Below are positions 13,243-25,190 of a DNA stretch of 64,000 nucleotides, piece after piece (positions within the stretch are counted from its first letter, which is position 1; each line of letters begins with the position of its first letter). A program made the position numbers and the translations under genes. Below the pieces are notes generated by a model. The model ran no database searches. It had not been told where the DNA came from and saw only the letters and a program-made list of their open reading frames with translations. Location of the stretch: positions 30,207,414-30,271,413 of the forward strand of contig JARFYF010000029.1 in NCBI GenBank assembly GCA_030265395.1, in the 5' to 3' direction. The DNA is from Rhina ancylostomus. Taxonomy: Eukaryota.

Positions 13243-14080
13243 GTCATCATAACTCTACCATGTTTAAAAATGTAAGGTGCAGCAAATCTACTGCTGAAAT
13301 TCACAAGGATCTGCAAGCGTATGTGCTGTTAATTTGGCTATCCTGGAACAGAGGCTGTAGGGCAGTCTTCTGCCCAGTAACAGCTCCAGGCACCTGCTCG
13401 TGGAGTTCAACAGGGCAGTGTGGACCTCTGCAGATTTCCTGGTGCTCAGGCTAGGAAATCTATCCATTGAACCTGCACCAAATTAGCCAGGTACAAGTAT
13501 AGTGCACCCACTGAACTCAATAGGAGATATTACCTTCTAGATGAAAGTAAAGCCTTTTGCTTAACTTAATTAAAATAGTTTAAATATGGTTAAATTGCAT
13601 GCGTGTGCTTTTAATCTTTTAACTTATATTTTTAGCTTTTTTAAACAGTGCTTTCAAATGTGAATATCAATGACATTCACAAACACTCAATTTAAAAGGC
13701 AGCTTTATACATGCTACATAAAAATATTTCTCCTCATGTTGCCTCTGGTTCTACTACCAATTAACTGCTCACCAACCTTCCCAAGAGTGGAGACAAAGCC
13801 CTTGCACTGGTAGAGGCCATGATTACTGATGAGCTGGTGTCCCAGAAGAACACTGCACCCCAGATTAGCTGAAATAAACAGCGCAGTCCAGGGTACAGGC
13901 AACTACCCATTCCAGGGAAATGAAAGAACTGCCCCAATGTGAAAAATAAATCATACTCTTCAAAATGCTTCAATCCAAAATCAGTTTCTTAGTAAGTAAA
14001 TTCAAGCAACACTAGCAGATTTTTACTTTCAGCCATTACATAGCTAAATGCAATGGAAGTCCTGCAAAAAGATTGAAAAT

Positions 14081-14242
14081 TAAAAAAACAGAAAATGCTG
14101 AAAATCTGACACACAAAATAGGAAATGCTAGAAACACTCAGCTGGTCAGGCAGCATCTGTGGAAAGTGAAAAAGAATTAACGTTTCTCTTTCCAGAGATG
14201 CTGTCTGATGAGCTGAGTGTTTTCAGCATTTTCTGTTTTTAT
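14081..14242. mobile_element. Palindromic Penelope-LTR-derived element with apparent TSD
   Basis: Arms ~14115-14172 and ~14183-14239 are reverse complements (~57 bp, ~9 mismatches). Flanked by TCCTGCAAAA(A)GAT at 14060-14073 and 14243-14255. Confidence 0.8.
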
Positions 14243-15419
14243 TCCTGCAAAAGATAATTGGTCACGGTGTCATTATTATATAAAAAACTAATAGCAGCAA
14301 TATTTCTTAGTGATGATTTCATAGAACATCTCTGTTCATTGTTTGTCTTGTACACACTACTCAATGTGGCAAATTATTCAGCTAACAGTTAAGATGAAAG
14401 CTTTAATTTATTAAATGTTAAACAGGCTAGACATCAACTCAGGTTTCAAGTGCAAAGTTCTCATAAAAGATTATCGTAATTCTTTACCTGCTGAATAACA
14501 GGAAATCCATGTGCTGGCATAATCATTTTATTTAGGTCTGCAGTTGAAACTATGTATTTAATGAATTTGACTTGTTTAAAGAGTCAAATTGCAGACAGCA
14601 TGCTGTTTAATATATTTTGCCATTTTGGTACTGCAAAAGCATAAACAGCAATAAACTGGCTTCCCTTCACCAGAAATTATTTGCTGATTTCTTTTTCTAT
14701 ATCTTCAACAATGCTTTTGCATTCTTTTGGTACTGACTGTGCATAGTTAATAACAGTAGTTGTGTCTTTTACAATCTTTTACACCATAATTTTTTCTTCA
14801 CCTAGCAATCTAAAACCTTCCATTACCACTGTGCACCACAAAGAGATACAAATCAGCCATAAGTACTTTCTCCCCTCAAAGGTCTAGCTTAGTAATTGCC
14901 AATAAATTTGCTGTTCTCCAACAACAAAAGCAGTTGAAATACTTGTGGTTCACCATGACAGCCTTGTGACCTTTTGAGCTTCTCATTATTTTGTTTAGGA
15001 CTCATTCCAACTATGTTAACCAACACCACACAAACATGCAGTACATAGTAAAGGTGTCAGTACTGATTCTTTACATGAAATCAATGGAATTATTCATGTA
15101 ATATTTATAATTAATTTATCAATGAGATTTGGCAAGTGCTAAGAAATACTCTGGCATTATGATAAAATCTAAATTGTAGCTATTAACGTGCTTAAAATGA
15201 CCCAATATAGGATAATAGACTGCTGACCAACTCCATTTGAATTGGTATTTAGTAAAGGTTTACTTCAAATGTTTACGAATGTCAATAGAAATCCAGATTG
15301 CATTAACGTCATTGTATTGTTTGCCAGTACTTTTTACATACTATGTAATCTATTTACTAGCCTCTGGTTGTCTTTGCATTATGTACAACATTGAAGTGTT
15401 AGACCCATTACTAAAGATG

Positions 15420-16440
15420 ACAACAACAATTTCCATTTATATAGCCCCAAGGTGCTCAACAGAAGTATTGTCAAAATTTGTTGTTGAGCCTTGTAAGTCA
15501 ATATTAGTGCAGAAGACCAAAAGCTTGGTCAAAGAGGTAAAATTTAAAGAATGGATTTAACAGGAGCAGAAGTGGTGAGGTGTAGGAATTGAATTGCAGA
15601 ATTTAGTTATCTTGACAGCTGAAGCCATGGCTACTGCTGGTGGAGAGATTAAATTTGAGAATGATAAAGGTGGCAGGATTAGAGGGCACAGACATCTGAG
15701 AAGGTTATAGGACTGGAGGAGATTACTGAGGCAAGATCACGGAGGGATTTTAAAATACCAGTATGAATTTAAAAAGTAAGGCATTGTTTAATGGGAACCA
15801 ATTTAGTTTAGTCAGAAGAATTGGAATGGTGCAAGTTGGGACACAGGCAGTGGAGTTTGGGTAATCTCAAGTTTATAGTAGAAGAAAGAAGAATACCGGC
15901 TAAAAGCTTATTGGAATAGTCACGTCTAGACGTAAAAAAATTATGGATGACAGTTTCAACAATGGATAATGTGAGTCAGAGTTGGAGCTGGCTGATGTTA
16001 CAGAGGTATAAACAGGAGATGATGTGGATTCATGGTCCAAAGTTCAAATCTGGATCAAATATGCCACCATGGGCTGTGAGGAGCCTTGCTCAGTTACTAG
16101 GAAGAGGGTAAAATTGGTAGCCAAGGAATGGAAGAATATCTGCTCATTTAGGACAGGATTGTCAAGCAAGCAGTCTGATGACAGGAGCTAAAAGAAGTGG
16201 CGTTTGTGAATCTCAGTGTCACCTGTGTTTGTGTGCAACTGATACTGATGAAGCACAGCATTTTGCTAAGAGTTAGGAAGGGGCCAAGGATAGTTCCCTA
16301 AGGGGTTACTAAAGGAATCTTCCAATGTAGGGAAGGAACCCATTTCATAGCAATTCTCTGGAAAGACTGGAGCTAGTTGAGTGTGATCCCACCCAGATGG
16401 ATGCTGCTGCAAAGTTTTGCAGGAGAATGGTGTGGTCAAC
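15420..16440 (-). mobile_element. L2-clade LINE 3' part, degenerate
   Basis: Begins with the reverse L2 tail acaacaacaatttccatttatatagc, followed by gaccaaaagcttggtcaaagaggta, ttggaatagtca.gtctaga (reverse SRLDYSN) and ggggccaagga (reverse S.LGP). Confidence 0.75.
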
Positions 16441-16705
16441 CATGTAGATGTAGATGTCTACATCTACATGATCTACAACCATGTAGATGTAGATGTGTAG
16501 TCAGGCATGGTGCTGGAGTGTGGCAACTCGTTGCAAGGTGCTCTCTGCAGATCTACTCATTTATCAAGTTGTTCGGTGACTTACCAAATTATCTTTGGCT
16601 ATGAGTGGAGATAGAGCACTGCTTGTATTACTTCAAATTAGTGATGCAATTTCAATGGGTTATATGGTAAATGAATGGTGGAATCAGAGTTCCACCACTT
16701 TGTTA

Positions 16706-16962
16706 AAAATCAAAAAATCTGCAGTTACTGGGAATTTGAAATGAAAACAGAAAATGCTGGGAACACTCAGCAGGTCAGGCAGCTTCTGGGGAAAGAGAAA
16801 CAGAATTAATGTCTCCGGATTGATCCGATGAGGGTCTTCGATCCAAAACGTTAATTCTGTCTTTCCACAGGTGGTGCCTGTTAAACTGAATCTTGTTGTT
16901 TTAATATATATATCTTGTTGATATACAGCATCATGTTGTTTTCTCTAGCATTTTCTGTTTTT
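16706..16962. mobile_element. Palindromic Penelope-LTR-derived element with mutated hammerhead core in the centre
   Basis: Left arm aaaacagaaaatgctgg..ctcagcaggtcaggcagc..ggaaagagaaacagaattaa; centre CCGATGA-GGGTC-TTC-GATCC-AAAAC-GTT (16825-16852); right arm ttaattctgtctttccacag..gcctg, then after an insertion agcattttctgttttt. Confidence 0.75.
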
Positions 16963-17379
16963 ACACCCTCATTTCAATTCCCTGCTGTAATTCAACCTTT
17001 CATCTCCCCGTTCCTATCATCGGATACCTTTCTTCATCTGCCTGCCAGCTGGTGGAAAGCAGCATCTGGCAAATGATCAATGTATATTTAGATCATCATA
17101 TGGTCAAAGCTCTTGAAATGCTCCACTGTTAGCAACACTATTAACTACTGGTAGGGATTTTCTACATTGCCACTCTATCCATCGTGGCCGATGTGCTAGG
17201 TTGAAGGAAGTGAGGAAAGTGTATTGAAGGAAACAGGGAGCTGTACCTTCTCAGACCTTTCAGACCCAGGAGATCACCAGCAATTCTCAGAGAAACACTA
17301 CAAAGGAGATTCTGCTTATCCAGGGAGGCAGTGATGGTTGTGTTACCAACTTCAGGAAGACCTATAAACGGACAGAACA

Positions 17380-17649
17380 TGAGGCAAGGTTAATTCCTGG
17401 AATAAAAGGTTGTCCTATGAGTGGCTAAAGAAGTTGGATTTGTATTCTTTAGAGTTCAGAGGAATGAGAGGTTGTCTTACTGAAGCATGTAACATGTAGG
17501 GGATATGTTGAGACTAGTGGGCGAGTTCCAACAAGGAAACATTGTTATAAGAGGGCAGTCATTTAAAACTGAGGTGCGTAGGAATTTCTTCTCACAGTCA
17601 TTAATGTCTGGAATTCTTAACTCCTGGAGGGTTGTGGAAGCTAGATCAG
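17380..17649 (+). mobile_element. CR1 LINE 3' fragment truncated by assembly gap
   Basis: Translates to IRGQSFKTEVRRNFFSQ..LNS..RVVEARS, the CR1 C-terminal motif. Confidence 0.8.
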
Positions 17650-17844
17650 NNNNNNNNNNNNNNNNNNNNNNNNNNNNNNNNNNNNNNNNNNNNNNNNNNN
17701 NNNNNNNNNNNNNNNNNNNNNNNNNNNNNNNNNNNNNNNNNNNNNNNNNNNNNNNNNNNNNNNNNNNNNNNNNNNNNNNNNNNNNNNNNNNNNNNNNNNN
17801 NNNNNNNNNTTCTGCATTCTCCTGTTCAGCAAGGCCTTTCCTAT

Positions 17845-17975
17845 TGCAGTTAAACTTACTGTTGCCCAAGACTTCTGCCTCGGCCTCCTTTCAACCTCCA
17901 GAAAGTAACATCAGTCAGTTTGCAGTTCACATTTGCTTTGGGCAGGCAAGTGTTATGTTTGCCAGAACTAACCCA
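17845..17975 (+). mobile_element. PIF/Harbinger transposase relic (N-terminal part)
   Basis: FPIAVKLTVA and, after a frameshift, ASASFQPPESNISQFAVHIC; resembles Harbinger/HARBI1-type LPVAVKVT.AL.F.ASGSFQ...GD...ISQ.AVH.C. Confidence 0.55.
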
Positions 17976-18627
17976 CTGTTCACTCAGTGGATAGCAGAAA
18001 CAGAGATGTAGGGACGTGCCTATACACAGTCTGCAGGGTCTCTCCAGGTCCAGGACATCTCCAACAGGACACATAATCACACTCCAGGTTTGCTCAAATG
18101 ATGGCCATGCATCTTAAGGGTTTCTGCTCTTTGAATATCAAGCCACAGTGTCAAGAGCAACAGCATTTATGAAGGGTTATCCCCACTCTTATGATGGTCT
18201 GATGGCTTCATACCTTAGTAATCCTTCAAGTCCTGCTTGAGTTCAGGGAATGGTTTCTTTGGGTCATTATGACACAGGAAGAGGGCTTCAGCAATTCAGC
18301 TCCCAGCCTGTTCATCCACCCTTCTGTTCCATTCAGAATATTCGTAGCTGATCTGTATCCAGTAACATGCCCTGCTCCTATATAGTTTGCCCAACAACAA
18401 TCTTAGATTTTTTTTTAAAAATCAATTAACACAAGGAGGAACACTTCAGATTTCCACATTTCCTAGAACAGTCATAAGGCAAGGGGAGGCCATTTGGCCC
18501 ATTGAGAGCACAAGTGATTGTGTGAAAATGTCCTTCTTACTGTTACTTCTAAGTGGCCTAGCTTCAATTTTTGGATAATGCCCTGGTTCTGATTTCATTT
18601 TCTTCCCTTCTTTAGATATAACCTGTG

Positions 18628-18807
18628 GAGATACAAGAGGCTGCAGGTGCTAGAATCAGGCAAAAAACAAACTGCTGGAGAAACTTAGCGGGTCAGGCAG
18701 CATCTGTGGCGCAACTGGACAGAGGAAGGGTCTCAACCCAAAACACTGTCCATTTCCCTCCACAGATGCTGCCTGACCCATTGAGTTCCTCCAGCAATAT
18801 GTCTTTT
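18628..18807. mobile_element. Palindromic Penelope-LTR-derived element (second subfamily)
   Basis: Arms 18668-18722 and 18746-18802 are reverse complements, including a perfect gggtcaggcagcatctgtgg/ccacagatgctgcctgaccc match. The loop gaagggtctcaacccaaaac is a hammerhead stem-II/GAAAC remnant. Confidence 0.8.
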
Positions 18808-19599
18808 ATGCAACTTGTGCAATATTTTGCCACATTAAAAGAAATGTTGTTGTTACAATACCTTTAATGTTATAAAGGTTTTACAAAGTATTTTAAAAAA
18901 ATCCTAAGGCACTCTGCAGAAGGCCAGAATCTCTACCCTGTCAACACTCCATTAGCCACTTAGTTACCTTTTGTAGTTTAGTTATGGCTTACAGACAATT
19001 GTGTTCATGAACACCTGCTTCACTTTGTTCCTACATAACTGCTGGTCTCTCTCCATTAAGAAAATACCTTGATTTATCTTGCTTGGATTCAGAGTGGTTG
19101 ACCTCTCACTATCACTCGTTAAACTCCATCTACCATTGGTTTTGCCCACTTACTTAATACTTACCCTGTAAAGCCCTGCCCCTGCCCCCATACCCCTTGT
19201 GTCAGCTTTATGAAAAGTTTGATATTGAACTCTGCTTTTTCTTTGTCCAAGGTAACATACAGACAGGAANNNNNNNNNNACTATTTGTCATTTACATCCT
19301 AACCAATTGACAACAAATGTGAAAAGTTTTCTCTTGCTCTTTAGTTTTTGATGGTAATCTCTTGCACAAAACAAACACAATCCTTTGCATATATGACTTG
19401 AGTCTTCTCTAATATCACAAATTGAAATACAATACAACCAAATCCACACCTCTGTAAGAACCCTAAATCAAGTAGACCATAAGATTGATGAAACAAGGAT
19501 ATCTCGCCTGCATAGAACTGCCCTCCATCACCATGCTCTGCTCAGTGGAACTCTGAGCATGATAAGCTTGATGATATTGAACCCATGGGCTTCAAAATT

Positions 19600-19715
19600 T
19601 AAGATAAAAACAGAAAATGCTGGAGGTACTCACAAGTATCTTTGGAGAGAAGAACAAAATTACCTTTACTGGGTGATGATGAAAGCTCCAGAATTTTCTG
19701 CTTTTATTTCAATTT
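19600..19715. mobile_element. Degenerate palindromic Penelope-LTR-derived element
   Basis: ataaaaacagaaaatgctggag (19604-19625) pairs with ctccagaattttctgcttttat (19686-19707); tgatgaa in the loop. Confidence 0.65.
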
Positions 19716-20573
19716 TTCCATCAGCTTTTGGTTGCTTTTCAGGCTTCAAAACTATGCTGGAGCCAGAGCTTTTGAGTAGCTGATCACTAATGAGTACACA
19801 ACTTAAACCATGCCTGCTTTCCTGCAGTAGAAACTACATCAAACACATCTCCCAGTCTGATGTCTCTCCACTGAACCATTACTGAATGACCAACATGGAT
19901 ATTACTGTTAGCTAATAGTTGTATAATCACTTGGTAGTTGCAGAACACACCCTGGGCACATAATGTAACATCCATTTTAGTTTTCCAAATTCCCAAAACA
20001 AATCATTCATTCTGTGGCACACTCCTGTTCTCTTAATCAAGTGGTATTGTGGCTTGTTCCACAAGGGCTGGGTCACTATGGTCAAAAGAGTTTTGTGGCT
20101 CAGATATGAGCTCAAGAGTTGGCTGAGATCTGTAAGCTTTGGAATATCTAAGTGAGTCTGGTTGCAAATTGTTGCCTCTTGGTTAGCTGTCTGAAGGGGG
20201 CAATAGTTAAGTATGTGTGTAGTTCCCATGAGGAAGGACAGTTTATGGCGATCATTGGCCATTGTCACTCCTACAGGGCTGCAGCACAGCACTCCCACTG
20301 ATTGGCAGGAGATCCAAAAGAAGTGACTGAAGCCTTTGACCACAAAAATACTTTCAGGTTACCACATGGCAAATGTAGTGAACAAAGCAGTTGGCCTTTC
20401 CACTGTCAACCCAATATCCATGCAACTTGAAAATTGCTCTCCACAGAGTTAGAAGTGTTTAAAATAGCAAAGCAACCAATTCCCATGATTGGACATCATT
20501 TCTCTTTCATTTTATAAACCTGTGAAACATCAGTGCATCAAACAGCAGTCTGGATTAATATAAAGTCTTGTTA

Positions 20574-20897
20574 CAGCTGATAAAAGCATAAAACCCTGTC
20601 TATCTTTTTTTCTTAGAAACAGACAACCTCTCCTGTAGTTCAATGTAGAACATTATTTATTCAATGCACCAGACAAAACGGTGCAGCTGATAAAGGCATA
20701 AAACTCTTGTCTTTATTTTTTTTCTTAGAAGAAGGCAATCTTCCTTTTAATTCAATGTAGAATATTATTTATTCAATGCACCAGACAAAACGGTGCAGCT
20801 GATAAAGGCATAAAACTCTTGTCTTTATTTTTTCTTAGAAGAAGGCAATCTTCCTTTTAATTCAATGTAGAACATTATTTATTCAATGCACCAGACA
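20574..20897. repeat. Tandem repeat, three copies of a ~110-112 bp unit
   Basis: Units start with cagctgataaa at 20574, 20684 and 20796. Copies 2 and 3 are near-identical; copy 1 is more diverged. Confidence 0.95.
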
Positions 20898-22119
20898 TAA
20901 TGGTCACTTTAAGGTTACAGGAAGCAAGTCTGCAAAATATTTCCTCTGAAACATCCCCTGTCAAACCTCTAAGGCCTACCACAAAATTGCTGCATCACAT
21001 CAATAAATATGACAGCCTTAATGTTTTCAAAGTTTATTCAAAGTTCCTATATTCTTTATCTTTGCCTATCTTTATTGCACTGCAGTTGCCAAGTTCACAA
21101 AGCTCTCGTATCGTTTCCTTGGATATTTATATACACTACAGTATTAGCTGCAAAACATTGTTCACTTAATTCACGGTTATGTTTTATCTCAGCAAACCTG
21201 GGCATTCCCTGTCAGCGGGCCCTGCACGAAATAAGTTAATAGGTGAAAAGTACTGAGCTTTGAAGAAGCAATGGGTGGCATTACTTCTTTCTCAATCCCA
21301 TTGTTTTATCATAAGGCAAAAACTGAGGTCCTGATTTTAACCCTTGTGCCTAATGAGAACGAGGGTGCACTGAGTTAAAAATAGGGGCAACATTTCATGC
21401 ACAAGACGTACATGTTCCCCGCATCTTTCTGACAGAGGCATTTTGGGCATCAGATAAGGACATGTTGATGTTTAAATGCAAATGTCTGACAATGTATTTA
21501 AAACCACAATAATTTAGCCTGACGCAGTGTGTTTGGCATGTGTGCCAGTTTCACTGGAAGCACCAGGGTTAAAGGAGTTGTATCCCCAGAAATAGCCAAA
21601 ATAATTAAGCCTTCCTTTGTAAGATGGGTTTTCTCCCAGACCAGGACCAGGACCTCTACAATCTATGAGATTTGACTCTCTGCCTATCGCCATCATTCCT
21701 GTAGGTCATCAGTGGTGGCTTCTTGCTGGGCTCGGACCATTCCTGCCTGCTGGGTCCACATGTTTTATATCAAGTTGGGTTCATAGAGAGTTGGGCATGA
21801 AGTGTCTTAGCATGGCCTGGGCCTCATCTTGACAAGCTGAGTGAGCACAACACTTTTTCCAGCAACATCACCAACACTGATATCACAGGGTGCCTGCATT
21901 ATGGAATAATTGATTCAGGGTAAATGCTGGCTATTGCCCATCCCATTATTTTTATCCAGCATCTTTTACAGTAAGTTTGCACTGTTGTTGCAATTACATA
22001 ATTTGCTACAAGTTTTAAAACAGCTTGCAAAAGAAGTTACAGATCATACGTCCATTAAGAGTAATCCAAAATTACTTAGCTGGACTCCTACAACAGTAAT
22101 TCCCAATCCTGGAAATTCT

Positions 22120-22335
22120 ACCACCAAGAAGGAAGAAGGTTCCCCTCCGAGTCATACACCATTCTGACTTGGAAAGATATTGCCATTCCTTATTCATTGC
22201 TGGGCCTAAACCATGGAACTCCCGACCCAACAGCATTATGACAGCATCTTCACCAGAAGGAATGCAGCAGTTTACCACCACCTTCTCAAAGGCAATAAAT
22301 GCTCACTTTGCTAGTGATGCCCAGATCCCAAATAA
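22120..22335 (+). mobile_element. 3' end of a CR1/L2-group LINE (family distinct from HER1-like)
   Basis: cacaccattctgacttggaa..atattgcc.ttccttattcattgctggg..aa.catggaactcc ... ggcaataaatgct..tgctagtgatgcccagatccc tail; reverse complement seen at 37620-37790. Confidence 0.75.
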
Positions 22336-22422
22336 ACAAAATCACGAGCAGAATGTGCTTCTAAATCTACTGATTTCACTGCAGTGATTTTTTTAAAGCT
22401 AAATTTCATAGAAGCCAACTTC

Positions 22423-22640
22423 TCAATGGCTTAGGCGGTAAATGCACTGACAAGCTACTGAAAAGACTGAGCTTGAGTAAGTTGTGTTTGAGCCCTGGTT
22501 TGCTGATTTCAGCCAGGGCTCAAATAACAGCAAAGCAATTAGACTCAGTGCTTTGGGGGAGAGTAAGGGACTGTGCCTGGGCTCCCAATGACTGTTATCA
22601 AAAACTGTATGATGATGGATGGCAGGACTTAATGCAACTA
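22423..22640 (+). mobile_element. Old tRNA-SINE-like copy, with a 12-bp internal hairpin (22487-22498/22513-22524)
   Basis: A-box-like tggcttaggcggtaa, B-box-like gtttgagccc, internal tttgagccctgg/ccagggctcaaa inverted repeat; downstream part resembles 43700-43780. Confidence 0.5.
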
Positions 22641-22944
22641 TAGACTTTTGTCTGTAACCGGATTTCTTCTTAAAGACACCCTCACCCCAAAACAATGAAA
22701 TGGTGGCAGCATCAGCAAAAATACAAATATAACTTGTATTACCTCAGAGAAAAGTCAAAAATATAAACTGTCATTTTTTAAACAATATAAATATCTACCT
22801 TGGGATTAGTTTTTCAGTGAAAAGTGCCAGATATAACAAGCATATCCTCAGTCAAATTCCAAGGCACTTGAGGCATCACTGTTTGTTAAGTCCTGCCACC
22901 AATTTAGTACTCTGAATCCCACTCCCACTCTCTGACCCTTTTGT

Positions 22945-23417
22945 ATTCAGCCTCCGGCATTGCAACAAAGCTCAAAGTAAGCTCAAGGCACAGCACCTCA
23001 TCTTCTGATATGGTGCATTACAGCTTAAGGACTCAACATCAGATTCAACAATTTCACATATGCAGCCTTTTTGCCTCTCACATTTTTTGGCATCGCACAT
23101 TTCCACCATGCAGTTTATTTCCCTCTCTCCTTTTCTGGTATTTCAGATTTCATTCATCTCCTCCAGTTTACACCTTCTTCAGACATACCTCTACCACGCT
23201 TTGCTAGCCCGCACCCTCACTCACACCATTCAGTCCCTTCCTGCAGCCACTCTCTCAGAGACTGTCCCTTTTTTCCCCTCTGTCCCCTCTTCCCTTCCTC
23301 TGCAAACTTTTTTCAGTTCTGATGAAAGGTCGTCAACCTGAAACATTAACTCTGTTTCTTGCTCTCCATAGAGGCTGCCTGTCCTCTTTGAGTTTTCTGG
23401 TATTTTCTGTTTTTATT
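22945..23417 (+). mobile_element. Penelope-like element 3' end: GIY-YIG C-terminal relic, pyrimidine-rich UTR and hammerhead-bearing terminal repeat
   Basis: 22975-23058 decodes to KLK.QHLIF*YGALQ..GLNIRFNNF, matching the recalled PLE C-terminus KLEEQHLIFRLG.LQP.GLNIEFNNF. Followed by a CT-rich tract and a CTGATGA...GAAAC core. Confidence 0.75.
23315..23351 (+). ncRNA. Minimal type I hammerhead ribozyme motif (probably decayed)
   Basis: AGTT (stem I) CTGATGA A AGGT-cgtca-ACCT (stem II) GAAAC ATT AACT (stem I'). The cleavage triplet reads ATT where sister copies have GTT. Confidence 0.7.
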
Positions 23418-23959
23418 AAAGAAATGCTTCTTCCCCCTCAAGGACAAAAAGAGCCACTCCAATTTACATTTTCCTAGAGGCAGGTAAGTGTAAGGTCCAA
23501 AGCTGAGAGTCTGAGCTTCAAATACAGCAAAAAGGATCTTGGTGGTCTGCAAACTTCTTTTCATCTTATTTCTGTGGTATTTCCTCTGCAATTTCGGTAT
23601 TTACTTGGGTTTTTCATATCCTCAGTTTTACCATAACATTCTTTGGTTATTTTTGACCATTTCCATTTCCACGTAAATATCGGACTTCTTTTCTCAGAAG
23701 TTCTTAATGTTTAAGGCAATTCAAATACAGCAATCAGTGTCAACATAGACCAAATAATTTTTTTAAGTACTTGGTATGATGTATGAACCTGATACTAAAT
23801 CAAATTTACATACTTAAAGTTGTTATTCTCATTTAAACTATGTTCAGGAACTGTTATTGCATCTGCAGTAATAAATAGTTAAATAAATTAAAATCTAGTT
23901 TCTTTGCTTAATGAAAAGCCTTGTTGGTTAAGGTGATAAAAAAAAGTTATTTTCCCCAT

Positions 23960-24250
23960 ACTCAGACCATCTAGTGATGGAGGTATGGTTTAAATGAAGT
24001 TTTCAGGGTATTGAGGGGAATTGATAGGGTGGATCAAAACTATTTCTGTTGCTAGGGGAGTCTAGATCTCAAAAAGCACAATGTAGAAGTCAGAGCTATG
24101 TCTTCCAGAAATACATTTCGCATATAGACAGTGGTAGAAATGTGGAACTAGTCTACAAATTGCAATAGATTCTAAATTAACTGTGAACTTCATATCCAAA
24201 ATTGTAACTAATTTGTTAAGATTTAAGGGGATAAGGAAAAAAGGCCGTTG
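23960..24250 (+). mobile_element. CR1 LINE 3' fragment
   Basis: gaagttttcagggtattgaggggaattgatagggtggat...gtggtagaaatgtggaact, typical CR1 tail region. Confidence 0.6.
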
Positions 24251-24645
24251 TTTAGTATTAGGTGACAGAGCAACCATAATCAGAGAATGGTGGTGGCATC
24301 TCAGAGATTTGGTGAGGGAGTGTTGCATGGAGTAGTTGGAAGGTGAGCAGTTTGTTGATCAGTAAGTACCTCCACTGCATCACCATCTCTCGACCCCAGG
24401 CACACGTAAACACTGGTAATTACAATAGTAACTGCCAATTAGCAAGTCAAAATTTTCAGGCCATTGTGCCCACAACTTTAACAAAAACTCCATTTCTACC
24501 CTATGGATCCTCCAGGTTGGAAGCAATTCACACCAGCAATCAAAGCCATGCACTTTGAAAGTGAGCCTGAATCTAGCCAAGGCTCAGTCAGAGCAAGGGA
24601 CTTATCTCAAGGATTATTTTCATTTGTAAAATTATATTTGAAGTC

Positions 24646-25190
24646 ATGTTGCAACTTTACAAAGCACTCGTTAGTCCGTACTTGAAGTATTGTGTGCAGT
24701 TTTGGTTGCCACACCATAGGAAGGATATGGTTGCACTGGAGAGTGCAGAGGAGATTCAGTGGGATGTTGCCTGGATTGGAGAACTTCAGTGGTGGGAAGG
24801 GATTGGAATAGGCTGGGGTTGTTTTCCCTGGAGCAAAGGAGACTGAGGGTCACCTGATAATTACTCATAGAATTATAAGAGGCAGAGGTAGGGTAGATAA
24901 TCAGAAATAAGAGGGTATAGGTTCAAGGTGTGAGGAAGTTGTTTTAAATGGGATTTGTGGAGAAAGTTTTTTGTTTACACACCGTGTGTGGTTGATATAT
25001 GGAACTCACTGCCAGAGGAGGTGGTGAAATCAGATACAATCACTATGTTTAAAAGACATTTAGATGGGTACTTGAGTAGTCAAGTATGGATCTGATGTGG
25101 GCAAATGGGATTAGTGCAGATGGGCAAAAATGTTGGCATGGACATAATGGGTCAAAGGGCCCATTTCTGTGTTTGTATGACTCTGTGACT
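24646..25190 (+). mobile_element. HER1-like CR1 LINE 3' end
   Basis: MLQLYKALVSPYLKYCVQFWLPHHRKDMVALE, the CR1 LY..LVRP.LEYCVQFW.P motif; tail gggtcaaagggcccatttctgtg..tgtatgactctgtgact. Confidence 0.9.

Noticed and set aside
17477-18011. Long ORFs spanning N runs (also at 29.0, 55.4, 57.2 and 58.6 kb)
   Set aside because: Length is inflated by N codons.
20574-20897. Possible CRISPR-like array
   Set aside because: Whole units repeat with no unique spacers, and the context is a vertebrate intron.
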